Source: Candidatus Benthicola marisminoris
Lineage (GTDB): Bacteria; Gemmatimonadota; Gemmatimonadetes; Palauibacterales; Palauibacteraceae
Direction: 5' to 3'
DNA length: 62,885 bases
Assembly (NCBI GenBank): GCA_023554335.1
Contig: JAMJQR010000081.1
Location: 1 to 62,885, forward strand
In this document: positions 54,306 through 62,885 of the stretch, one piece after another
Numbering within the stretch: the first letter of the stretch is position 1
How the letters are laid out: each line of letters opens with the position of its first letter
Notes under the pieces: generated by a model
The model's input: the letters and a program-made list of their open reading frames with translations, nothing else
What the model was told of the DNA's origin: nothing
The model's database searches: none
Made by a program: the position numbers and the translations under genes

Positions 54306-55829
54306 ACCGGCAGCGGGCTGGCGCCATCGAAACTGGAGTGCCTCGGCAACGTGGCCACGGCGCACATGGTCGCAGGCCTCGAGATCGGCGATCGTTCGCG
54401 CTACTCGCAGCAGCCGGTGGCAGGCACGCACGCTGAATCCGTACCTGGAGGCCGAGCGACCCATGAGAGCATCCGCAGAGGCCTCCAACCGGCAGCGATC
54501 TGCAAGCGCCCGGTGCGGAATCCGGGCGTTGAGGGGATGGGTCGGGCCGTTCCTCACGGCAGCCCTGCGCCTTGCTGCCATCACGCTTCGCCGCATGCGG
54601 GGACTCTCCCGACCCTTGTGGTTCACGCGGATCTCGCTCCACTCGAGCGGCTCGACGTCCACGTGCAGGTCGATCCGATCCAGGAAGGGCGCACTGAGCC
54701 TGGCCATGTGCCGACGCACCATCGCCGGGCTGCACACGCACGGGTGCGGAGAGGTGCCGAGACGTCCGCAGGCGCAAGGGTTCATCGCGGCGACCAGCAG
54801 GAACCTGGCGGGAAACCGCACGTGGCTCCCGGCACGTGTGATCCACACCGCGCCCTCCTCGAGCGGCTGACGCAGAGCTTCCAGAACCGGCGTCCGGAAC
54901 TCGGTGACCTCGTCCAGGAAGAGGACCCCGTGGTGCGCGAGTGATATCTCCCCCGGTCGGGCGGAATTGCCCCCGCCGACCAGACCGGCCGTGGTGACGG
55001 TGTGGTGTGGTGCGCGGAACGGACTCCGCTTCAGCAGTCCCACGCCGGCTGGCAGCATTCCGGCCACGCTGTGCACGGTCGTAACCTCGAGCGCCTCCTC
55101 GCGGGAGAGGGGCGGCAGGATCGACGAGAGGGCCTGAGCCAGCAGGGTCTTCCCCACCCCGGGCGCTCCGCGCAGCACCACGTTATGGCCGCCGGCGGCC
55201 GCGATCTCCAGCGCGCGCTTCGCTGCTGCCTGGCCCGCCACCTCCGAGTAGTCGATTCCCCCGCGTTCGCCGCCCGGATGGAGTCCGCTGGCAGCCCTGG
55301 CAGGAACGAGATCTCCCTCGCCGCGAAGGAACGCCAGCACTTCGGCCAGATTTCGGGCGCCCAGCACACGCAGGCCGGCCGCGGGCCGGGTCTCCGCCAG
55401 GTTATCCGCGGGTACGATCAGTCCTTCGATCGCGGGGGTCCCCTGGAGCATGAGCGCGATGGGCAGCACCCCCCGCACCTTCCGCACCGTCCCGTCAAGC
55501 CCCAGCTCTCCCACAAGCGCCCATCGGCGAGCGCGATCGGTGGGCACATGACCCGCGCCGGCCAACACCGCGACCGCCACCGGAAGATCGAACGCCGCCC
55601 CCTCCTTGCGGACGTCCGCCGGGGCCAGGTTGACCGTGATGCGGAGCCCCGGGACGCGAAGACCGAGTTGCGCTGCCGAGGAGCGGAACCGTTCTCTGCA
55701 CTCGCGGGCAGAGGCCGGCACCAGGCCTACGAAACCGATCATCGGTGTCCCGCGGCGCACGGCCACTTCGACGCAGACCGGCAGGGCCTCGACGCCATTC
55801 AGCGTGGCGGTGAAGACGGTCTGAACCAT
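54267..55829 (-). CDS. comM: YifB/ComM family Mg-chelatase-like AAA+ ATPase
   Basis: 520 aa with an N-terminal Lon-like ChlI domain, Walker A LRGAPGVGKTLLA, Walker B VLFLDEV, and a C-terminal Mg_chelatase_C domain. Confidence 0.9.
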   Translation of the reverse strand: MVQTVFTATLNGVEALPVCVEVAVRRGTPMIGFVGLVPASARECRERFRSSAAQLGLRVPGLRITVNLAPADVRKEGAAFDLPVAVAVLAGAGHVPTDRARRWALVGELGLDGTVRKVRGVLPIALMLQGTPAIEGLIVPADNLAETRPAAGLRVLGARNLAEVLAFLRGEGDLVPARAASGLHPGGERGGIDYSEVAGQAAAKRALEIAAAGGHNVVLRGAPGVGKTLLAQALSSILPPLSREEALEVTTVHSVAGMLPAGVGLLKRSPFRAPHHTVTTAGLVGGGNSARPGEISLAHHGVLFLDEVTEFRTPVLEALRQPLEEGAVWITRAGSHVRFPARFLLVAAMNPCACGRLGTSPHPCVCSPAMVRRHMARLSAPFLDRIDLHVDVEPLEWSEIRVNHKGRESPRMRRSVMAARRRAAVRNGPTHPLNARIPHRALADRCRLEASADALMGRSASRYGFSVRACHRLLRVARTIADLEACDHVRRGHVAEALQFRWRQPAAGSGQGGTGGREGR

Positions 55830-55879
55830 GCCGGGAACATGAGCCCCTGTCTCATCAGGGCCTCACCGCCCGGCCGGAA

Positions 55880-56545
55880 TCAGACGAACGTCGCGATCTC
55901 GGCCAACCCCTTACGGTGCAGTACCGGGATCTGTGCGTCGTCCGCGGGATGTCCCACGACCAGGATGAGGAACGGGCGTTCTCTCTCCGGACGCTCCAGA
56001 AGGTCGGACAGGAAGCGCATCGGGCTGGGCGTATGGGTAAGGGTGGCCAGACCCGCGGCGTGGGCCGCCGTGATCAGCATACCCGTCGCGATGCCGACCG
56101 ATTCCTGCACGTAGTAGTTCTTCACCCGTTCGCTCGATTCGTCGGCCCCGTAGCTCTCCGCAAAAACGACGATGAGCCACGGCGCGATCTCCAGGAACGG
56201 TTTCTGATCGTTCGTGCCCAAGGGAGCCAGAGCCTCGAGCCAATCGGCTGGGGCCCGGTGGCCGTAGAACTCCCGCTCCTCGGTCTCGGCCGCCTCACGG
56301 ATGCGGGCCTTGGTTGCCGGGTCCGACACAGCCACGAAATGCCAGGGCTGCCGATGGGCGCCGCTCGGGGCCGTCCCGGCCGCCAGGATCACATCCTCGA
56401 CGACGGACCGGGAAACTGGCCGATCGGAGAAGTGACGAACCGTGCGCCTCCGAGCAGCCAGCTCACGAAAGTCCTTTGCGCGCTGCTCGATCTCCGCATC
56501 GTCGAGCGAGATCCAGTCAAGGCGTTCAAATCCAGCGTCGGGCAT
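55880..56545 (-). CDS. FMN nitroreductase-superfamily protein, iodotyrosine deiodinase (IYD)-like subfamily
   Basis: 221 aa with [33 protein letters not shown]...W...[21 protein letters not shown] and HTPSP. By recollection it aligns closely with animal IYD catalytic domains. Confidence 0.75.
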   Translation of the reverse strand: MPDAGFERLDWISLDDAEIEQRAKDFRELAARRRTVRHFSDRPVSRSVVEDVILAAGTAPSGAHRQPWHFVAVSDPATKARIREAAETEEREFYGHRAPADWLEALAPLGTNDQKPFLEIAPWLIVVFAESYGADESSERVKNYYVQESVGIATGMLITAAHAAGLATLTHTPSPMRFLSDLLERPERERPFLILVVGHPADDAQIPVLHRKGLAEIATFV

Positions 56546-56630
56546 GGGCTCCTCCGAGGGAGACGGCTACCTGCGTGCCAGGTCACGGGTTCACAACGTC
56601 TCATTCCCCGGGGATACGGGCAATCATCAC

Positions 56631-56666
56631 TTGCCGGCTGCCCGGCCGGGCCTATACTCGGCCGGG
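56631..56666 (+). promoter_or_regulatory. candidate promoter with the -10 box embedded in an 8-bp GC-rich palindrome
   Basis: TTGCCG (56631-36), a 16-nt spacer, then TATACT (56653-58). The flanking inverted repeat is cccggccg (56641-48) and cggccggg (56659-66). It lies 30 nt upstream of the EamA ATG. Confidence 0.4.
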
Positions 56667-56695
56667 ATCCACGACCTCCCTGGAAGGCGGGAAGC

Positions 56696-57652
56696 ATGGC
56701 TCTGGAGTCCGGGGGCGCGATGCCCGGTAGGCGGGCGCGAGCGCTTGGATATGCGTTTGCGATAGGCGCGGGAGTGCTATGGGGTACGACCGGTCCGCTG
56801 AGCACCGCCCTGTACAGCGAAGGCGCGGCCCTGACCGGCGTCGGCTTCTGGCGCATCGCGGTGGCTACACTCGCTCTCGCGGTCGTCGCGCTGTTCAGAC
56901 GTGATCTTCTGAGGGTAGATCGTCGTGGGCTGTGGACGGTTGGCCTGGGAGGCGGAGCACTCGTCGCCGTGTTCGAGGTGGCCTACCAGTATGCCATCGC
57001 AGGGGTCGGGGTGGCGGGCGCGGCGACGTTGCTCTACACCGCGCCGCTTCTGGTGGCCGTTCTCGCATTCCTGGTCCTCGGGGAGCGCCTGACGCCGCTG
57101 AGGGTCGCCCTCGCCGTCGTCGTCCTGATTGGCGTCTATCTCACGGTTCAAGGGGGCGCGGGAGTCGAGTCGCTCTTCGTGTCGAGGGAGGCAGGAGTCG
57201 CCGCGGGAGTCGCAGGCGGGCTGCTGGCCGCTCTGGCCTATGCGGGAACGACGCTTCTGGCCCGGTGGGCGGTGCCGCGCTACGGGGCCACACGGGTTCT
57301 ATTCCTCGAGCTGGCTGGAGGGACGTTGCTGCTGGCGTTGCTGCTGCCGGCGGCGGGCCGGCCTCCGGCTCCTCCGGACACGGTCAGCGCGTGGATCTAC
57401 ATCGGGCTCCTCTCGATCGGAGCCGTTCTCGGTGCCAACTACCTGTTCTTTTCCGCCTTGAAGCGGATCGAGGCCGCGCCCACGGCCGTGGCCGCCACGA
57501 TCGAGCCGGTCGTGGCCGCGGTCCTCGCGCTGGTTCTCTTCGGGCAGACCCTGAGCGGCGGAGGCTGGTCCGGCCTCGCGCTGGTGGTAGCCGGTGTAGC
57601 CGTGGGCTACCTGGCCGAGGCCCGGGCGGACCGGAGCGACGGACCCGGCTGA
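56696..57652 (+). CDS. EamA/DMT-family transporter
   Basis: 318 aa from ATG 56696, about 10 TM helices and two EamA repeats. The upstream 260 codons of the track ORF (55916-) are antisense to the nitroreductase. Confidence 0.8.
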   Translation: MALESGGAMPGRRARALGYAFAIGAGVLWGTTGPLSTALYSEGAALTGVGFWRIAVATLALAVVALFRRDLLRVDRRGLWTVGLGGGALVAVFEVAYQYAIAGVGVAGAATLLYTAPLLVAVLAFLVLGERLTPLRVALAVVVLIGVYLTVQGGAGVESLFVSREAGVAAGVAGGLLAALAYAGTTLLARWAVPRYGATRVLFLELAGGTLLLALLLPAAGRPPAPPDTVSAWIYIGLLSIGAVLGANYLFFSALKRIEAAPTAVAATIEPVVAAVLALVLFGQTLSGGGWSGLALVVAGVAVGYLAEARADRSDGPG

Positions 57653-57692
57653 GCCAGTTTCCGCGCAAGCGAAAGCCCTTACATTGCGAGTC

Positions 57693-58409
57693 ATGACCGA
57701 ATCCTCCGAACACGCTCCCCGTCGTCTCGATCGTCTGAACTGGCCGGAAGCCGCGGCCTGGTTTCGCCGCGACCCCCGCCTCCTATTGCCGGTCGGTACG
57801 TGCCTGCAGCATGGTCCGCACCTGCCCCTCGGCGCGGATACGATCCTGGTCGACCGTCTGGCCGGGGAGGTTTCGCAGCGCACGGGAATCCTGGTCGCTC
57901 CTACCCTGGCCTACGGGGTGAGTTCGGACCTGGAACAGTCCTACGCCGGCACCTCTTCGCTGGAGCGAAAAACGCTCCACAGGGTATTGAACGAGCTCGT
58001 AGACTCCTGGGAACGGCAAGGATTGGAGGAGATCATCATCATCACGGCTCACGGCTACGGGCCTCACATTCAGGCGATGGCGGCAGTCGTGGCGGACTAC
58101 GTGCGGGTGCGGGCCGTGGACATTCACGCCATCGACCTCGGGGCGTTCCTGCACGGCAACCCTGAAGCGGAGCACGCGGGCGAGATGGACACGGCCATAC
58201 TCCTCCACCTGGCGCCGGAGCTGGTGCGGCAGGAGCAGGTCGCGGACAGCGACCCGGGATGTGATATCCGTCCGGCGGTAAGGGACGAGCCGGTCCCGCC
58301 CCCGGGATCACCGGGGGTGGTGGGCCGCCCGAGCCGCGCGACAGCCGAGAACGGGAGGCGGATCTACGACTATCTGGTCGACTACATCTCGCGGCGACTC
58401 GATGCGTAG
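57693..58409 (+). CDS. creatininase-family amidohydrolase
   Basis: GTCLQHGPHLPLGADT, ITAHGYGPH and EHAGEMDTAILL motifs of the creatininase fold. An in-frame TTG at 57684 is an alternative start. Confidence 0.8.
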   Translation: MTESSEHAPRRLDRLNWPEAAAWFRRDPRLLLPVGTCLQHGPHLPLGADTILVDRLAGEVSQRTGILVAPTLAYGVSSDLEQSYAGTSSLERKTLHRVLNELVDSWERQGLEEIIIITAHGYGPHIQAMAAVVADYVRVRAVDIHAIDLGAFLHGNPEAEHAGEMDTAILLHLAPELVRQEQVADSDPGCDIRPAVRDEPVPPPGSPGVVGRPSRATAENGRRIYDYLVDYISRRLDA

Positions 58410-59109
58410 GCACCTCGTTCTGTCATTGGGCCTCTGTTTCTCGGCGCTGGCGATTCCGAATCCGGCCATGGCACAGCCGAGCGGGCAGCTCGATGGAGGC
58501 ACATTCGAGCACTTCGTGGCGGGCGGATTCGCGGGAACCGAGACGTTCGCCGTCCGCCGCCGGGGCCAGGACCTGGTTGCGGTCGGACGGGTCACGCGCG
58601 AGGGAGGCCCGGAGGCTCTTCGGGCGGTCGAGGTAGGAATGCGGGTCGAAGAATCGGGACGCCCGCTCCGCTACGAGCTTCACACGCGGGAGGGCCCCGC
58701 CCTTCACGTGGTGGTGAATCGCACGGGCAGTCGTTTGCGGGTGACGACCACGGCAGACGAAGGCGAGCGCTTCACCGAGTTTCTCGCGGGCGAGCGCCTT
58801 CTCATCGTGGAGCGTGAGATCGCACATCACTACTACAGTCTGGCCCGACTTCTAAGGCGATCCGCCGAGCCTCGCTCCGTGCAGGTCGAGGCCCTGATTC
58901 CGTCTGAGGGCCGCACCCAGCAGGTGCGGGTGCGGGGGCTGTCGCGGGACACGCTCTCGGTGGAGAACGCCCGGCTACCCGCGACCCGGTACGACATGAC
59001 GGTAGGTTCGGAGCAGACGACCCTTTGGACCGCGACCGATGACGGTCGCGTCCTCCGGGTGGCCATTCCCAGCCGCCAATGGAACGCCGTGCGGGTGCTT
59101 CGGCCCTGA
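58402..59109 (+). CDS. secreted hypothetical protein
   Basis: 235 aa with a signal peptide MRRHLVLSLGLCFSALAIPNPAMAQ. The composition is beta-rich. 8-nt overlap with the creatininase stop. Confidence 0.6.
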   Translation: MRRHLVLSLGLCFSALAIPNPAMAQPSGQLDGGTFEHFVAGGFAGTETFAVRRRGQDLVAVGRVTREGGPEALRAVEVGMRVEESGRPLRYELHTREGPALHVVVNRTGSRLRVTTTADEGERFTEFLAGERLLIVEREIAHHYYSLARLLRRSAEPRSVQVEALIPSEGRTQQVRVRGLSRDTLSVENARLPATRYDMTVGSEQTTLWTATDDGRVLRVAIPSRQWNAVRVLRP

Positions 59110-59158
59110 GCCACCGTGGCCCAACGAACGGCCTCTTTCGGGTGTTCCATTGACTGCA

Positions 59159-59185
59159 GGCGCCTGAAACCGGGCGTCCGTTTTC
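59159..59185 (+). terminator. weak intrinsic terminator candidate
   Basis: ggcgcc-tgaaaccg-ggcgtc (6-bp stem including one G-U pair) followed by cgTTTTc. It lies 50 nt after the stop at 59109. Confidence 0.35.
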
Positions 59186-59242
59186 AACGTATGTTCAGCG
59201 GGTCCGGGCGGATTCTGCTAATCAGCTGTCAAGGATAGAGAT

Positions 59243-60562
59243 ATGTCTCGCAAGCGCAAAATCGCGATCGGGGCGGTCGTCCTGGTGGTGCTGGCGATCA
59301 TCGCGTCGGCCGTCGCAGGGGGGGGTAGCGAGGCCGTTGCGGTTAAGGTCGAGGAAGTAGGACGCCGCGATCTGGTTGCTCGCGTCACGGCCACCGGTCA
59401 CGTCGAGCCCAAGACTTCCATCGACATCAGCGCCGACGTCTCGGGACGCATCGTGGAGCTCACGGTCGAGGAGGGAGACGACGTCGAGGAAGGCCAGCTG
59501 CTCCTCGTCATTGACCCGGCTCGTTTCGAGGCGGCCGTGGATCGGGCGGAAGCCGCCCTGTCCGACGCGCAGGCTCGCGAGGCCCAGGCCAGAGGGAACT
59601 TCCTTCAGGCCCAGCGCGACTGGGACCGCATTCGCCAGCTGAAGGAAGCGGCGGAGGGCATGCTTACCGAGACGGAGTACGAGCAGGCCCGGACCCAGGC
59701 GGAGGTCCAGGAAGCGCTGCACGAGTCGGCCCGACACGGTGTCAACATGGCGCGGGCGAGTGTTCGCGAGGCCCGTGACAACCTCTCCAAGACGGTCATA
59801 GAGGCGCCGATGAGCGGCCGGGTCACCCGGCTCAACGTGGAGCGGGGCGAGACGGCCGTGGTCGGCACCATGAACAATCCGGGGAGCCTGCTGCTCACGA
59901 TCGCCGATCTGTCCGTGATGGAAGCCGTTATCGAGGTCGATGAGACCGACGTACCAGAGATCAACATCGGCGATTCGACGGTGGTGACGATCGACGCCTT
60001 CCGGGGACAGGAGTTCCACGGGAGGGTAACCAAGATCGGAAACAGCTCGATCCGTCCCAGGAGCCAGCTGCAGAGCAGCTCGGAGCAGGCCATCGATTTC
60101 GAGGTCCGGATCACCCTGGAGGACCCCGGAGAGGATCTCCGCACCGACCTGTCGGCCACGGCCGACGTGATCACGGCCGTGCGCCCCGACGTCCTGGCCA
60201 TTCCGATCATCGCGCTCACGCTGATGGACCCGTCGCAATTCGAGCGGATTCCCATGGAAGGTGACGAAGTCGAACAGGAGGAAGAGGACCCACCCGGAGA
60301 GGCGGAGGAACCGGCGCGTGATGATGCTTCCGAACCCATCGAGGGCGTCTACGTCATGGAGGGCGATCGAGTGCGCTTCACGCCCGTCGAGATCGGGATC
60401 GCCGGAGATAACTACTTCGAAGTTGTCTCTGGACTCGAGGAAGGGGTGACCGTGGTGTCAGGAACGTACCAGGCGATCCGGGAGCTCGAGGACGGCGCGG
60501 TGGTGAGCGTCGAGGGACAGGGCGACCCAACGGGCGCCGCGGCCGAAGACAGCGAGGAATAG
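59243..60562 (+). CDS. macA: efflux transporter periplasmic adaptor (HlyD/MacA family)
   Basis: 439 aa with an N-terminal TM, lipoyl/hairpin/beta-barrel order (VEEGDDVEEGQLLLVID, coiled coil, APMSGRVTRLNVERGE), and an acidic insertion near the C-terminus. Confidence 0.85.
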   Translation: MSRKRKIAIGAVVLVVLAIIASAVAGGGSEAVAVKVEEVGRRDLVARVTATGHVEPKTSIDISADVSGRIVELTVEEGDDVEEGQLLLVIDPARFEAAVDRAEAALSDAQAREAQARGNFLQAQRDWDRIRQLKEAAEGMLTETEYEQARTQAEVQEALHESARHGVNMARASVREARDNLSKTVIEAPMSGRVTRLNVERGETAVVGTMNNPGSLLLTIADLSVMEAVIEVDETDVPEINIGDSTVVTIDAFRGQEFHGRVTKIGNSSIRPRSQLQSSSEQAIDFEVRITLEDPGEDLRTDLSATADVITAVRPDVLAIPIIALTLMDPSQFERIPMEGDEVEQEEEDPPGEAEEPARDDASEPIEGVYVMEGDRVRFTPVEIGIAGDNYFEVVSGLEEGVTVVSGTYQAIRELEDGAVVSVEGQGDPTGAAAEDSEE

Positions 60563-61282
60563 ATGAACGTGGTCAACGACGTCGTGATTCAAACGCACGA
60601 TCTCAAGAAGCACTACGTGATGGGCACCGAGACGGTCCGTGCACTCCGCGGTGTCGACGTGAGTATCCGCCGGAACGAGTACATCGCGATCATGGGTCCG
60701 TCGGGCTCTGGCAAGTCAACGTTGATGAACCTGATCGGCTGCCTGGATACACCGACATCCGGCGAGTACGTCCTTAACGGCCAGCCCGTCCAGGACCTGG
60801 ATGACGACGAGCTGGCCCGAATCCGAAACCGGGAGATCGGCTTCGTTTTTCAGACGTTCAATCTCCTGCCGCGGGCGAGCGCGCTGCACAACGTGGAGCT
60901 TCCCCTGATCTATGCCGGAGTCTCCGCTAGGCAGAGGATCCAGCGTGCCAAGCACGCTCTCACCCAGGTGGACCTGGCTGACCGGATGGATCACAAGCCC
61001 AACGAGCTGTCCGGCGGACAGAGGCAGCGTGTGGCCATAGCGCGGGCCCTGGTCAACGAGCCCTCGATCATCCTCGCGGACGAGCCCACCGGGAATCTGG
61101 ACTCGGTGACTTCAGAAGAGATCATGACCGTCTTCGACGGGCTGCACGACGCAGGGCAGACCATCATCATGGTCACGCACGAGCCGCACATCACGGCGCA
61201 CGCCGAGCGGGTGATCACGCTCAGGGACGGGATGATCGAGTCTCACGACGCTCCGCGTTCCGGCCGCGTGGAGACGGTGTGA
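60563..61282 (+). CDS. ABC transporter ATP-binding protein (MacB/LolD-type)
   Basis: GPSGSGKST (Walker A), [15 protein letters not shown] (signature) and [11 protein letters not shown] (Walker B). The start directly abuts the macA stop. Confidence 0.93.
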   Translation: MNVVNDVVIQTHDLKKHYVMGTETVRALRGVDVSIRRNEYIAIMGPSGSGKSTLMNLIGCLDTPTSGEYVLNGQPVQDLDDDELARIRNREIGFVFQTFNLLPRASALHNVELPLIYAGVSARQRIQRAKHALTQVDLADRMDHKPNELSGGQRQRVAIARALVNEPSIILADEPTGNLDSVTSEEIMTVFDGLHDAGQTIIMVTHEPHITAHAERVITLRDGMIESHDAPRSGRVETV

Positions 61283-61303
61283 GCTGGATCCGGGAGTGAA
61301 CGG

Positions 61304-62548
61304 GTGAGGATCCTCGAAGGCATCCGGATCGCCCTGCAGCAGATCTGGGCGCACAAGCTGAAGTCGGTGTTCACGCTGATCGGCGTGATCATCGGCATCA
61401 CCTTCCTGATCGCCGTGATCACGGTCGTCGAGGGGATGAACCGGTACGTCCAGGACGACTTCGCCGGCGCAATCTTCGGAGTCAACACTTTCTCCGTGGT
61501 GCGACGAAGCCAGGTTTCCACCGGGGCGGAAAGCGATGAGCGAAGGCGTCGCCAGCTCCGGAATCCCTATCTCACGATGCACGACGTAGAGGTGGTCCGG
61601 CAGGCGGTGCCAAACGCGTGGCGTTTCGCGTACAGCGTGGATCGCGGGTTCAGACAGGTCTCCTACAACGAGAACAGCCGCAGGAATATCCGGGTGATTG
61701 GGGCGTCAGACGGCTACGAGACCATGCAGGGCTGGGACATCGCCGAGGGGCGGGGGATGACCTCGCTGGACGATCGAAAGTCTCTGAAGGTCGCCGTCAT
61801 CGGATCCGACATCGCCGAGAGGCTGTTTCCGGAGGTAAGCCCGATCGGGAAGCGGATCCGACTCGGGGCGACCCGGCTCGAGGTGGTGGGAGTGTGGGAG
61901 CGGCAGGGAGGCCTGCTGGGCAACATCCGGGACGCGTCCGTGCTCGTGCCGATCTCCACCTTCCGCGAGACCATGGCCTGGCAGCGTAATCGCATCGACG
62001 AGATCACGGTGAAGGCCCGCACGACCGAGGAGATGCAGGCCTCGATGCTGGAGGTGGAGGCCGCCCTGAGGCGCGATCGAGCGCTGCGCCCGGGCGAGGA
62101 GAACAACTTCTGGCTCCAGACCTCGAGCGACCTGCTCAGCACGTGGGAGACCATCAACCGGATTCTGTTCGCGGCCATCCCGGGGCTCGTCTCCGTCTCT
62201 CTGGTCGTCGGCGGAATCGTGATCATGAACATCATGCTGTTGTCGGTGGCTGGACGGATTCGCGAAATCGGAGTGCGGAAGGCTCTCGGCGCGAGGCGGA
62301 AGGACATCATGTTCCAGTTCCTGGCCGAGTCGTCGACGCTCTCGGTCGCAGGGGCGGCGATCGGCATCGGCCTCGGCATCGGCCTCGGCAAGACCGTGGA
62401 CGCTCTCACGCCGCTCCCTGCCTCGGTACCCATGTGGTCGATCGTGGTGTCCCTCGTCCTCGGTCTCGTCGTGGGCATCGGCTCCGGCATCTATCCGGCG
62501 TACCGGGCGGCGAAGCAGGATCCCATCGTGGCTCTGCGATATGAGTAG
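61304..62548 (+). CDS. ABC transporter permease, MacB_PCD plus FtsX domain
   Basis: 414 aa with an N-terminal TM (LKSVFTLIGVIIGITFLIAVI), a periplasmic domain, and a C-terminal FtsX 3-TM bundle with REIGVRKALGARRKDI. Confidence 0.9.
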   Translation: MRILEGIRIALQQIWAHKLKSVFTLIGVIIGITFLIAVITVVEGMNRYVQDDFAGAIFGVNTFSVVRRSQVSTGAESDERRRRQLRNPYLTMHDVEVVRQAVPNAWRFAYSVDRGFRQVSYNENSRRNIRVIGASDGYETMQGWDIAEGRGMTSLDDRKSLKVAVIGSDIAERLFPEVSPIGKRIRLGATRLEVVGVWERQGGLLGNIRDASVLVPISTFRETMAWQRNRIDEITVKARTTEEMQASMLEVEAALRRDRALRPGEENNFWLQTSSDLLSTWETINRILFAAIPGLVSVSLVVGGIVIMNIMLLSVAGRIREIGVRKALGARRKDIMFQFLAESSTLSVAGAAIGIGLGIGLGKTVDALTPLPASVPMWSIVVSLVLGLVVGIGSGIYPAYRAAKQDPIVALRYE

Positions 62549-62885
62549 GCGGCGACGCGGAGGCATGGGCATCTGGACGACCCTGAAGGAGGGCCTGGTG
62601 GTCGCCCTCGACTCCCTGCGCGCCAACAAGGTGCGCAGCGGTCTAACCATTCTCGGGGTCACGATCGGGGTAATGGTGGTTCTCATCATGGCCGCCATCG
62701 TGCAGGGGGTAAACGAGAGCTTCCGGGACATCATCGCCTCTTCAGGCCCGACGACGTTCTACGTCTTCCACGCTCCGGTCGGTGGGGGGGGCATCAACAC
62801 CGGACTGGAGGAGGAAGAGAACGCGTTCATGCGGAACCCGCCGCTGGACCCGAGCTGGGTTCGCGAGCTGGAGCGTCTGGACGTG
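62541..62885 (+). CDS. second MacB/FtsX-type ABC permease (3' end beyond window)
   Basis: ATG at 62541, overlapping the previous stop by 8 nt and open to the window end. It reads LRANKVRSGLTILGVTIGVMVVLIMAAIV, the same N-terminal architecture as the preceding permease. It is not in the ORF track because no stop is reached. Confidence 0.8.
   Translation, partial: MSRRRRGGMGIWTTLKEGLVVALDSLRANKVRSGLTILGVTIGVMVVLIMAAIVQGVNESFRDIIASSGPTTFYVFHAPVGGGGINTGLEEEENAFMRNPPLDPSWVRELERLDV

Noticed and set aside
55916-56695. 260-codon N-terminal extension of the EamA ORF (track ORF 55916..57652)
   Set aside because: It is antisense to the IYD-like nitroreductase. The transporter's TM domain begins right after the ATG at 56696, which has a purine-rich SD-like stretch.
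59318-59325. G8 homopolymer tracts inside coding regions as possible phase-variation switches: macA 59318-59325 and second permease 62784-62791, with G7/C7 runs at 1468, 3234 and 52495
   Set aside because: Such runs encode Gly/Pro stretches and occur repeatedly, including in essential genes (asnS, recG, pabB). They are most simply a by-product of base composition.
1-62885. CRISPR arrays, transposases or integrases, prophage or defence-island content, rRNA genes
   Set aside because: None was seen. Every gap above 100 nt was inspected and is explained by promoters, terminators or leaders. Gene content is core housekeeping with uniform GC-rich composition.

Overview
This is a very GC-rich bacterial chromosomal segment. 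It shows strong third-position GC bias, many GTG/TTG starts, and many 1-14 nt start/stop overlaps. It is packed almost end to end with conserved housekeeping genes. I call about 62 CDS, one tRNA-Val(UAC), and a few promoter, operator and terminator candidates.

Gene order, left to right:
- mazG (partial), asnS, recG, ftsY, an orphan VWA membrane protein, and a MepM-like M23 peptidase.
- A complete minus-strand dcw cluster: mraZ-rsmH-ftsL-ftsI-murE-murF-mraY-murD-ftsW-murG-murC-murB-ftsQ-ftsA-ftsZ, with a recognisable promoter and MraZ operator.
- A secreted TPR protein, tRNA-Val, a DUF3098-like small membrane protein, and an HExxH peptidase.
- A block in Bacillus-like order: rluD-lspA-dksA/traR-ileS-divIVA-yggS.
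- tonB-exbD-exbD-exbB, then cdaA-folP-ftsH-hpt-tilS.
- frr-pyrH-tsf-rpsB-rpsI-rplM, then a short sigma-70 factor, lepB and thpR.
- A plus-strand PTPS/QueD-like-pabB-pabA folate block, then comM/yifB and an iodotyrosine-deiodinase-like flavoprotein.
- An EamA-creatininase-secreted protein operon, then a MacAB-type efflux operon that runs off the right edge.

I see no mobile elements, CRISPR arrays, rRNA, integrases, defence-type genes or large unexplained intergenic DNA. The largest gaps are about 220 nt or less. **I cannot point to a convincing novel multi-gene system in this window.**

The more interesting observations are small-scale:
- A CDS whose stop codon lies inside the tRNA-Val gene.
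- A textbook 10-bp-periodic MraZ operator.
- cdaA occupying the glmM slot of the ftsH-folP synteny, next to an ExbBD-TonB set.
- A QueD-type PTPS linked to pabBA.
- An IYD-like nitroreductase divergent from an uncharacterised EamA/creatininase/secreted-protein operon.
- A possible rplM leader attenuator.

The lineage guess is a Gemmatimonadota/FCB-like diderm. That is inference from gene content only.

The many long antisense and alternate-frame ORFs in the ORF track are GC-driven artefacts.
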